Source: a virus (Duplodnaviria > Caudoviricetes). From it: 64,000 nucleotides of DNA. Location: positions 33,979 through 97,978 of IMG/VR virus record IMGVR_UViG_3300033066_001150; one strand, written 5' to 3'. The number at the start of each line of letters is the position of its first letter. Positions within the stretch are counted from its first letter, which is position 1. Below, piece by piece: positions 9,401 to 17,031 of the stretch. Under the pieces are notes generated by a model. It saw nothing but the letters and a program-made list of their open reading frames with translations. It had not been told where the DNA came from and searched no databases. Position numbers and translations under genes: made by a program.

Positions 9401-10837
9401 GGTAATGTGTTCCGTGATGGGATAGAGTATGTTCGCCTCTATGCTATAAAGGACCCTCTTAGTCTGGAGGCTCGGATAGCCACGGCTTCCCATGTGGACA
9501 CACCACTGCCGCGAACACCGTTTCGGGTACACAACGCCTTCTGTCCGACAGGACCGGGAGGAGGTGTTGATCCGACTTGTAGTCCAAAGGGTGGTTCTAG
9601 TCCTGTGACGAAAGCGATCAGGGAATATGGACCAGTTTTGGCCGAGAGTCGTCAGGGTGGGTACACACTTCGAGTACACGACGAAAATCCAAAGTCGGAG
9701 GGACAACCAGCCCATATAAGTGATGAGGAAAAACCTTTTTCTGGTGCTGGTCGTATGACCATCGAGTCCCCAGATGGAGAACTTGTAATCGCTGGGAAGT
9801 GGATGGATTGGGCGGAAGTACATTACCCATCCGACTACACAAAACTCCCGAAAAAAGACAGAGCTGCTCTAGAAGCACAAGAGCAGCTAAAATACGATTT
9901 ACAGAAGAATTTCCATTTTCATAAGGAACGGGGTGGTCTAGTCGCCAACACCTACGACCCTGTCCGTTATCGAGTCTCCAAGTTCGTAAAAGAGTTCACC
10001 GCCCGTGTCAAGTCCACGGTCAAGGATAAACCGTGGTGGGTTGGCTTTATCAATTCTGGATATCAGACGGGTGTGGGTCGAGCATATGACGATCTGAACA
10101 AACCAGCTCTGATGACACCAGAAGAACGCAAAGCTTATCAGGCCGAACGACGGTCCTTCGTTCGGGGCGTTGTAAAGGCGTCCGGTCCGACTGCTCAGAA
10201 GTTGTATGCCTCTGTGGAAGAGGATATTGACCGGATTACAAGTCAGTTGGGAGACAAGCTGCGGGTACAATTGAAACAGGCCCTTGCCGAGGGGTTGTCC
10301 TTACGCAAAGTTGCTAAGGGGATTCTTGCCAAGGTGGAGGAGGAAGGGTTGCGACGGGCCACAAACGTCGCGAACTATCGCACAGTGGAGGCCCATAACG
10401 AGGGTCAGTTAGCGGCCTTTGAAGACTTGGGTGTGACGGATATCGGTGTGTTGGTAGAATGGACCGTGGCTGGGAACCCGTGCCCACTGTGCAAGCCGAT
10501 GGCCGGTGTGGTGCTTCGGCCCAAGGACGCTCATGGATTGATACCCAGACACGTCCATTGTCAGTGCTGTTTCGAGGTCGTGGGAAGTGGGTTCGGGGCT
10601 GATAAGGAGGACCTGATTGTAGACCGATCGGGGATTCGTAAGGCTATCAAGAAATCCATTTCCCGGGAACGTAAGCAGGGCACGTGGAAAGACAAGTTGG
10701 AAGCCACACAATGGAAAGGCCGGTCGGTGCGGGTGGAAGGGCGGCCCTTGTTCAATGAGGAAGCCTCCCCAGCACTTCGGGCTTTCAGTCAATTCGTGAC
10801 TTCGCACAAAGCCGCACAGGTCGAGGAAACACCATGA
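6404..10837 (+). CDS. MuF/SPP1 gp7-like head morphogenesis protein interrupted by a polyvalent cargo array (ParB-like, JAB, HExxH peptidase, 2H phosphoesterase, unknown domains)
   Basis: N-term RRDPTRTATLRKIF and C-term EW..AGNPCPLC...IPRHVHCQC typical of MuF; internal VVDGNH, THNHP..LSLSD, HELMH, HIT...HLT motifs; five tag copies. Confidence 0.88.
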   Translation: MPRTIPQPRGFYNRRLGQGLTRRDPTRTATLRKIFSNELRRRMSRLFADSWKLLEDNGLTENAFCPTGPGGGVDPTCSPDQISIQQAFDRMPFGDNPKGYTWASLSLTTLDSLLKTGKLGLIHDVGELSEDSVLSKVNSKKLNPLIVTKIGQRFLVVDGNHSLEAARRLRVDSVKAIVPKKSLLSLNAFCPTGKGGGQDNSCSPSNKGMSAPFEAVMGHWDAMRSKDAYKTMGKIWKSDYEGTRWFDYTPKPGTKAYKELDASIKSGELVREFEERFASEDKEVMMIIHPSSDDMYNRETAKVSVYTSSNRNEVTPHDQPLSGRILTHNHPDGANLSLSDVKTAVRKGVQEIRAVTPDGTVYSLKKAESYYKKPDGTQHKAVRGPGQDAIDKRLGEAIRKHVTLEEAQLPLGQQQAIYEKVWKAFTKEPFVSESAEGGQHYTRYEYTVSRRTENVFCPTGPGGGVDPTCSPSNKGTANVPQTPEEWEEHFQHINFLGTKRVVEDRAKEWKYHAPVNVENAVGRNFERGGVQWEEGGNCQLETGVVTIYSRSVGSSVENVERITNHELMHGTFEKVYDKYRRELGKITIDHIHMDGTLKAEHFNEFPTYGRIQALLENHGQFSLGKALQKEDGITDYSRAYWKDYEEGKVSYHIAVHETLAEIAAIHGTTGVIQGEKVWRDLYKGIRDEYRVLQGHQSRRRGPGIPKPVKNYSTETVYLDGDFRRVPPEQAVFIHWWDDAGSHWGTRKPPTNNFASTQFNVDEVGVLTAVHVIQSHLDSRDVLELETQPHITVRYGLHDQEASGVRALYDNQVPVRVKLGGLSLFQTPKADVLKIDVDSRSLPAIHGRLGLLPHTSTFPTYIPHLTVAYLRPGTGHKYVGKSGLEGTVLTFDKLVFSDDNRRQTTVSNAFCPTGPGGGQDNSCPPNRQAESSSLVVPVRYTGKKGTPVEVVHNPTEKTLKRLVKKERLKGLLDLKNGTWHFWSEEDGEHEDVARGMGLSSGNVFRDGIEYVRLYAIKDPLSLEARIATASHVDTPLPRTPFRVHNAFCPTGPGGGVDPTCSPKGGSSPVTKAIREYGPVLAESRQGGYTLRVHDENPKSEGQPAHISDEEKPFSGAGRMTIESPDGELVIAGKWMDWAEVHYPSDYTKLPKKDRAALEAQEQLKYDLQKNFHFHKERGGLVANTYDPVRYRVSKFVKEFTARVKSTVKDKPWWVGFINSGYQTGVGRAYDDLNKPALMTPEERKAYQAERRSFVRGVVKASGPTAQKLYASVEEDIDRITSQLGDKLRVQLKQALAEGLSLRKVAKGILAKVEEEGLRRATNVANYRTVEAHNEGQLAAFEDLGVTDIGVLVEWTVAGNPCPLCKPMAGVVLRPKDAHGLIPRHVHCQCCFEVVGSGFGADKEDLIVDRSGIRKAIKKSISRERKQGTWKDKLEATQWKGRSVRVEGRPLFNEEASPALRAFSQFVTSHKAAQVEETP

Positions 10838-12240
10838 ACTCAGATATGACTGACGAAGAATACAATCTGGCACTTCTCCGGAAGTTCAGTCGGGTCTCCA
10901 CACGAAACGCCTTCTGTCCTACTGGTCCGGGCGGGGGACAGGACAATTCGTGTTCGCCGAAAGGGGATTCTGCCTATCAGGAAATGGGGAAACGGGCTGC
11001 TTTTCTACAACTTGAGACCAATGACAAAAAACTCAAGGACGCCTATCTGGGCAGCCAATCGGCTTCTTACGTGTCGGGTCTTGCGGATAAAACCAATGAA
11101 ATGGAAGACAAGAAGCGATGGAGGGCTTTGCATACAGACGCCGAAACCAGTCACAAAGCGGCATTACGTGCCTTGAAGAAGCTGGACGGAGACAAAGACC
11201 TAATCCAATACCATAAGGAAGCGTCCCAGCATCATAGCAATGTCTTAGGCGGTGCGGGGGCCCTTCGTCACTCTACTTACGTCCGTTCGGATATTGGGAA
11301 AAAGCGCCGGGGCGGATCGACACGGAATGCTTTCTGTCCGACTGGTCCGGGTGGGGGAGTAGACCCAACATGTAGCCCCTCCTCCACCACCAAAGGCGGC
11401 GAGGACCTTTACAGCGCAACCCTCGGGAAGGACAAGGTGTGGCGTGTGGGGAAATTACCGGTCCCAGACCACATTCGCAAGCTGGCTATTCCCCCAGCAT
11501 GGACCAATGTGGAAATCAACCCCAACCCCAACGGGACAGTCCTAGCTAAGGGGTTGGATTCCAAGGGCCGGGTCCAGACACGATATAGTGATACACATAC
11601 GGCCCGTCAGTCGGCTGCCAAGTTTGGTCGGACCCGGGAACTGCTCAAAAAGCGCGAACAGATTTTCAAGGAACTGGATAAGGACGCCAAGGACCCCACA
11701 CTCAAAGAGCATGCGGAGTGTCTGAAAGTCATTATGCAGACAGGAATGCGTCCCGGAAGTGATAAGGACACCAAAGCCGAACACGAGTCCTTCGGGGCCA
11801 CGACTTTGCTGGGTCGCCATGTAATTCCCCAAGCGGACGGCAGTGTGGTTCTCCGGCTGGCAACCGGCAAGAACAAAGGCCGGGAGGTCGACTTTCCCAT
11901 TCAGGACAAGGCCACGGCCGCTATGCTGCGGGCGCGGGCTAAGGAAACTGGCAAGTCGGGTCGTTTGTTTGGAACAACGGCAGCCCAGTTGCGGAATTAT
12001 AGTAAGACGAAAGACGGAGGTGGCTTCAAGACGAAGGACCATCGTACGGCGCTGGGCACGGAGACCGCACTGCGGGCTATCAAAGGGATTAGTAAACCTA
12101 GCACCGAGTCCGAATATAAGTCCCGAGTGAAGGAAGTGGCGACTCGTGTTGCTGCGGTTTTAGGGAACACGCCTCCAATCGCCCTCAAGTCCTACATCGA
12201 CCCGCAGGTCTTTACTGCTTGGAACAAGGGATTGAAATGA
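10834..12240 (+). CDS. Type IB DNA topoisomerase preceded by two tag motifs and a helical unknown domain
   Basis: LAIPPAWTNV, GLDSKGRVQ.RY, GMRPG, KDHRT, LGNTP.IALKSYIDP: R-K-R-N-Y catalytic set of bacterial/viral TopoIB. Confidence 0.92.
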   Translation: MNSDMTDEEYNLALLRKFSRVSTRNAFCPTGPGGGQDNSCSPKGDSAYQEMGKRAAFLQLETNDKKLKDAYLGSQSASYVSGLADKTNEMEDKKRWRALHTDAETSHKAALRALKKLDGDKDLIQYHKEASQHHSNVLGGAGALRHSTYVRSDIGKKRRGGSTRNAFCPTGPGGGVDPTCSPSSTTKGGEDLYSATLGKDKVWRVGKLPVPDHIRKLAIPPAWTNVEINPNPNGTVLAKGLDSKGRVQTRYSDTHTARQSAAKFGRTRELLKKREQIFKELDKDAKDPTLKEHAECLKVIMQTGMRPGSDKDTKAEHESFGATTLLGRHVIPQADGSVVLRLATGKNKGREVDFPIQDKATAAMLRARAKETGKSGRLFGTTAAQLRNYSKTKDGGGFKTKDHRTALGTETALRAIKGISKPSTESEYKSRVKEVATRVAAVLGNTPPIALKSYIDPQVFTAWNKGLK

Positions 12241-12407
12241 CAAACCCTCTTTATGATACAGACGCAGATGCTAAGTGGGATGTCAATCCAGCTGATTGGA
12301 GAAATCTTCCGGATAGCGATCTCACGGACGATGACCAAGACGTCCCCACCCCCAAGCATGTCAAGGATGTGCTGGGCTTCGACCCCGACGAAGAGGATTG
12401 GGAATAA
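12237..12407 (+). CDS. Small acidic protein coupled to TopoIB
   Basis: ATGA overlap; 56 aa, Asp/Glu-rich, DWR...TP...VLGFDP. Confidence 0.65.
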   Translation: MTNPLYDTDADAKWDVNPADWRNLPDSDLTDDDQDVPTPKHVKDVLGFDPDEEDWE

Positions 12408-12409
12408 AT

Positions 12410-12682
12410 ATGACAGATGCCTTGTCTAGTTTGACAAGTTCACGGGACTTGACGTTCACTCAACATCGTATGGTCGAACTCCTCCGGGACGAGAGACCCC
12501 ACACACGGTTTGAACTGCGCCAGTGTCTGCGAGATGATCAGGGCACATTGGAAACAATGCGTGTGCACGTATCCCTGCTTCGGAAGAAACTGGTCCCGCA
12601 AGGGTACACGATTCGCAGTGAAAAGCTGGCGGGCGAGTGCTACTATCGCCTTGTCGCTATCACTCATTTGGGGTCGGAATAA
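12410..12682 (+). CDS. Winged-helix DNA-binding protein (OmpR/PhoB C-terminal-like)
   Basis: LT..Q..MVELL...TRFEL....TMRVHVSLLRKKL...I......YRL. Confidence 0.7.
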   Translation: MTDALSSLTSSRDLTFTQHRMVELLRDERPHTRFELRQCLRDDQGTLETMRVHVSLLRKKLVPQGYTIRSEKLAGECYYRLVAITHLGSE

Positions 12683-12754
12683 CTGGTTTATCCGCTGGTA
12701 AAAAAAATTTAACTCTGTAGAGTGTTCCGGACTCTGTCGTTACTCTCGACAGCC

Positions 12755-15700
12755 ATGGAACACTATACCTTCAACTTCACGGGTCGGGCGCGGCGTGAGA
12801 AGCTTCACGGTCGTGAGTTTCTTGTTGTTCCCCTGACAATGATCGTCCCCGGTGTCCTCAACGGAAGCCAAGGGGCGTTATTCTATCCCCCCAGCGAAAT
12901 TAAGCGGAATTCGCAGGCGTGGAATGGTATCCCGTTGACGGTGGGTCACCCCACACGTAACGGCCAGCAACTCAGTGGTCGGGACCCCTCGGTGTTGAAC
13001 GAGACCGGTGTGGGGTTTGTGTTCCATGTCCGTTCCGAAAGCGGTAAGCTGAAAGGCGAAGGTTGGTTTGACGTTGAGGCGGTTCGGAAAGTTGATAATC
13101 GAATCTACGACGCCATTATCAATGGCCGTAAGATGGAACTGAGTACGGGCCTCTTCACGGACAATCACCCGGCGACCCCCGGTTCCAGTTACAATGGGCG
13201 TCCGTACACCCATGTCGCCCGGAACTATCGTCCGGATCACTTGGCTATTCTTCCTGATCAGGTTGGAGCATGTTCCGTGGAAGATGGGTGTGGGGTCAAT
13301 GTCAACATAGCAGCTGATCAAGAAGAGTGTTCCTGTGGCGGTCAGTGTGATGAATGCAAGGCCGGTTTGGAAGAAAACCAAGCTGAGGGGTGCACCTGTG
13401 ACACGTCAGGCCCCGAGGGGTGTCCGGTTCACGGCGACACCGAGAAGGTTACCAACTCCAAGCAAGTGATCTGGAACGAGATTGGCAAGGTGTTGGGGAT
13501 TCTTGAAGCAGTAGAAAATGGAATTGTCCAACCACACTCCAAGAATACGGGACGATTCAAATCACCTAGTGCGGGCACGGGAAAAGGGCCTGTCCACGAA
13601 GCCGCTCAACGAGGTGCTTTGGCACTAGACCCAGATGATCATGCTAAGGGCGCCTCCGCCAAAGCCGAAGCAGATGTTGGGACCAACCCAGCTAGCTGGG
13701 TGGAGGATGAGGATATTTGGGATCGAGCTAAGAAGGCAGCGGATGCTGGGGAGTACGACGCCGACACTTATTGGGCTGTCGTGTCCCATATCTATAAACG
13801 GATGGGCGGCAAGTCCAAGTCGGAAGGGACTACCGACAACGCAGACGACGACTGCCAGTGGGTGACCGCTAGTGGGACCCCTATCTGTATCAAGGGCGGG
13901 GAAGTCAAGAAGGGCCCTTCTGCTCTCAAAAAAGCAGCCGCCAGTGACGGCAAGAAAAGTTCCCACTTCAAAACCAAGGACCGGGACGAAGTCGCCCAGA
14001 AAGAAGGTTTCCGCAAACATAGTGACAAACAGAAGGCACAGGACAAGGCGTTGGGGAAAGCCAACAAAGACGCCATGGATAAGGACCTTGGAGATCTGAA
14101 AAAAGAGCTCTTTGGCAAACAGGGGAAGGCTCAGGCTGCCGGGGAAGTCCACAAGAGGGACCCCATGTTGACCGTTAAGGGCGCCGCCAAAGTGATTGGC
14201 AAGCATCTCAAGTCGGGTCTGTCTAAGGCCGGCGCTCTTGCGGATATGATTGGAACAAAACTGCTGGGCAAGGACGACTTCGAAGCGATCAAAAACATCC
14301 CAGATGATGTGAAATCCCGGTTCCGGAACTTGTTCAAGAAGGGCAAGTTCACGTCCAATGGGGTTGTAGCAATTCATCCAGTCACATTGGAGTGCCTCGT
14401 GGAAATGGGTCTTGTCTACAACGCTCGTGTGAACAACGCTTTCTGTCCAACCGGTCCCGGTGGCGGTCAGGACAATTCCTGTTCCCGGTACGGTGACGGT
14501 GGTTCCTCTAAAGAAAAGGCCGTGGCCAAAGCTTTAAGCAACTTCAAGATCAAAGAGAACGGGGAATGGTCTTCTGTTAAGGTGGGGTCCCGTGCTTACA
14601 AGATTAGAAAAGTCGGTTCCGGTTACGAAGCTGTCAGTCCTCTTAAAACAAGGACAATTGGGAAAACCGCAGAATCCGCGTTGACCTCTGTTATAGATGT
14701 TCGTGACATCCCAAAGGGAACCGCCACGGACATCGGGGCCAAAGGCCAACAATTCAATAACCCCAAATCCGATGAGGACGCCCAGTTCTTTAAGTCCCGG
14801 GCAAGTGCTGAGGCATTTGTGAAGGAAGCGACGGACAGGGGGTATGATGTAGACTATTCCCACAAGGGAGGCACGTCCCAAGTCCGCATTCAAGGTGTGA
14901 CAGACGACAACAAGAAAGAAATCCGGGCCCTTGGTGATAAGCACGGTCGTGAGAAATCGATCTGGGAACAACCTGTCCCTCCACCACGTGGGACCGCCGC
15001 GAAGGACTTGGAAAAGTCCGCGGTTAGTAAACGCCAACTCGCCAAGGAGTTGAAGGCGGAACGCGCAGCACGGGAAGCCGCCGCAAAGGCCCCTCGAAAA
15101 GATGAGGAGGTGTTTGCACGGTGGAAAGCCAAACAGAAGAAAACGAACAACGCCTTCTGTCCTACTGGTCCTGGTGGGGGTCAAGATAACTCGTGTTCGT
15201 CCAAAGGTGGAGGTGGAGGTGTTAAGGTAGGGGACAAGGATGCGAAAGGCCGCACAGTAATTTCCGACGAGGTCGCATCCATGGGGGCGTCTCTAGCAGA
15301 CAAACTCAACACTGCGGGTCGCAAAAGCGATGCGGCCGTAGAGGTATACTCCAATGCTAAGTATCATCGGCTGAAGAGAGAGCAGAAGAAAGCACCTGAG
15401 CTCGAAAAGAAAATGAAGGAAGTCACAAAGCAGTATTATAAGGCCCGCGACGAAGCAGAGGCTTTTGAAAAGAAACATGGCTTGTCTGTTGTCGACGCAT
15501 GGGAGGCGGATCGCGGTCGAGGTTGGCCTAGCTACAAGGTGGACACAAGAACTGACACACGTCCTAAGTTCGTACGGCAGTCAGATTCTGAGCCACACAA
15601 AACTGAAAATTCGTCGGTGGGGAATCGCTCCCACTCCGCACGACGCCCACGGTTGGGAGCGAATGTTGTAGGAGTTCGAGATATGAAGCGGGGACAGGTC

Positions 15701-16375
15701 ATCGACGCCCTCGTGAGCAACTGTGATTGCTTTGACGAGGAAGATCGGGACACGTTGAACAGCCTCGAAGACGGCAAGCTGGTCCGACTCTATCAGAGTC
15801 TGATTGGCAACGCCACTTATGAGGACGAAGAAGAGGAAGCGCCGGCCGACGACGAAGAGATCATGGAAGACGACGAAGAGATGGAAGATCCGGCTCCGAA
15901 GAAGAAGCCCGGTGGATTCTTTCAGAAGAAGGCCATCGCCAATCGCCGAAATTCGTCGGATGCCATTGCGGCATCCATTCTTCGCAGTCGACGCAAACCC
16001 ATGTCGGCGGATGAGTGGTTTGGTACCGCTCCTCCGGAAATCAAGTCGGCTGTCCAGAACGCCATGAAGCTGGAAGCGGAAACGAAGCGGGGCCTGCTGG
16101 ACCGTCTTACGGCCAACGTCGCCGACGACAAGGTCCAGTCGGTGCTCAATTCCCTCAAGGACAAGTCCATCGAAGAACTCGAAGGACTGCTGTCCCTGTT
16201 GCCGCCGCCGCGGGCCATCAACGCCCCCAGCTTTATTGGGGCCGCGGTGCCGTTCCCGGGTCGCACCACGAACGAACAAGCCATCAGCAATGATGACGAT
16301 GATGTTCTGCCACTGCCCACCATCAACTACGCCGATGAGTTCGGGACTCGGCGCAAGACTGCCACGGTTTCGTAG
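12755..16375 (+). CDS. Prohead protease (DUF2213-like) fused to inserted cargo domains and a C-terminal scaffold
   Basis: VPGVLNG, WNGIPLTVGHP, ELSTGLF, RPDHLAILPDQVGACS..DGCG; charged helical C-terminus; position before decoration/MCP genes; two tag copies. Confidence 0.88.
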   Translation: MEHYTFNFTGRARREKLHGREFLVVPLTMIVPGVLNGSQGALFYPPSEIKRNSQAWNGIPLTVGHPTRNGQQLSGRDPSVLNETGVGFVFHVRSESGKLKGEGWFDVEAVRKVDNRIYDAIINGRKMELSTGLFTDNHPATPGSSYNGRPYTHVARNYRPDHLAILPDQVGACSVEDGCGVNVNIAADQEECSCGGQCDECKAGLEENQAEGCTCDTSGPEGCPVHGDTEKVTNSKQVIWNEIGKVLGILEAVENGIVQPHSKNTGRFKSPSAGTGKGPVHEAAQRGALALDPDDHAKGASAKAEADVGTNPASWVEDEDIWDRAKKAADAGEYDADTYWAVVSHIYKRMGGKSKSEGTTDNADDDCQWVTASGTPICIKGGEVKKGPSALKKAAASDGKKSSHFKTKDRDEVAQKEGFRKHSDKQKAQDKALGKANKDAMDKDLGDLKKELFGKQGKAQAAGEVHKRDPMLTVKGAAKVIGKHLKSGLSKAGALADMIGTKLLGKDDFEAIKNIPDDVKSRFRNLFKKGKFTSNGVVAIHPVTLECLVEMGLVYNARVNNAFCPTGPGGGQDNSCSRYGDGGSSKEKAVAKALSNFKIKENGEWSSVKVGSRAYKIRKVGSGYEAVSPLKTRTIGKTAESALTSVIDVRDIPKGTATDIGAKGQQFNNPKSDEDAQFFKSRASAEAFVKEATDRGYDVDYSHKGGTSQVRIQGVTDDNKKEIRALGDKHGREKSIWEQPVPPPRGTAAKDLEKSAVSKRQLAKELKAERAAREAAAKAPRKDEEVFARWKAKQKKTNNAFCPTGPGGGQDNSCSSKGGGGGVKVGDKDAKGRTVISDEVASMGASLADKLNTAGRKSDAAVEVYSNAKYHRLKREQKKAPELEKKMKEVTKQYYKARDEAEAFEKKHGLSVVDAWEADRGRGWPSYKVDTRTDTRPKFVRQSDSEPHKTENSSVGNRSHSARRPRLGANVVGVRDMKRGQVIDALVSNCDCFDEEDRDTLNSLEDGKLVRLYQSLIGNATYEDEEEEAPADDEEIMEDDEEMEDPAPKKKPGGFFQKKAIANRRNSSDAIAASILRSRRKPMSADEWFGTAPPEIKSAVQNAMKLEAETKRGLLDRLTANVADDKVQSVLNSLKDKSIEELEGLLSLLPPPRAINAPSFIGAAVPFPGRTTNEQAISNDDDDVLPLPTINYADEFGTRRKTATVS

Positions 16376-16429
16376 CCGTATCCCCTCGGCATAAGTTCAC
16401 TCATTTTTCTCGGAGACTGGAGACAGACA

Positions 16430-16975
16430 ATGGCCTTTCCTGATTCGACATCTCGTCCGGCGAACGAGATTGTCCTCAACGCGAACCCGAAGGGGGTGTT
16501 CCTCGAAGGTTACGTTGACGGCACTCCCAAGCCCGGTGTCGCTATGCAGCTCAAGGCTGCCGGCACTGTGACCGGTGGCCGCAATGAGTACGAGGTCTAC
16601 AACCAAGCCTCGGACGGTGTGCGGGGTTTGGTGGCCATCCTGTTGCCGAACTTCCTGCAAGGGACGGCACTGGATACCCAAGATCAGACCTCGTTGACGG
16701 ACGTGGGAGGTGATGACACCGCGTTCGAAGACGGTGATCACATTCACATGTACTGTCCGGTGATGGGCGAAGAGCTCAACATCCGGGTCGCGGTGGCAGG
16801 AACTGGAACCGGTGACGGCATCGCCATCGGGGACAAGTTCATGATCGACGATGGCACGGGTCTCTTCATCGCTGTCGGCGGTTCGGAACAGTCCGCTCCG
16901 TTCCAAGCGGTGGAAGCCGTGGCAGACGTCAAGGCTGGCGGTACGCTGGTCCGCTGTATCTACACCGGCTACTAA
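16430..16975 (+). CDS. Head decoration/cement protein
   Basis: 181 aa, Gly/beta-rich, between scaffold and MCP; GGAG RBS. Confidence 0.7.
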   Translation: MAFPDSTSRPANEIVLNANPKGVFLEGYVDGTPKPGVAMQLKAAGTVTGGRNEYEVYNQASDGVRGLVAILLPNFLQGTALDTQDQTSLTDVGGDDTAFEDGDHIHMYCPVMGEELNIRVAVAGTGTGDGIAIGDKFMIDDGTGLFIAVGGSEQSAPFQAVEAVADVKAGGTLVRCIYTGY

Positions 16976-17031
16976 GCCACTGCGGCCGCGGTCCGGTACT
17001 TTCTGATTCAACTGTTCTTGGGAGAGTAACA

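Larger units (their letters stand above)
4287..15196 (+). repeat. Dispersed 16-codon peptide repeat N[AV]FCPTG[PK]GGG(QDNSC|VDPTC), 11 copies
   Basis: Copies (48 nt each) start at 4287, 4665, 6587, 6962, 7763, 9122, 9533, 10906, 11326, 14435, 15149; all in frame; third codon positions vary. Confidence 0.97.

Noticed and set aside
6404-10837. Tags as intein/Hint splice junctions
   Set aside because: Asn is followed by Ala/Val rather than Cys/Ser/Thr and no Hint blocks are evident; Asn-based self-cleavage is not fully excluded
4287-15196. Tag repeats as a CRISPR array, DNA repeat element or DGR template/variable repeats
   Set aside because: Spacing is irregular (375 nt to >3 kb), copies are always in frame and vary at silent positions; no cas or reverse transcriptase gene seen
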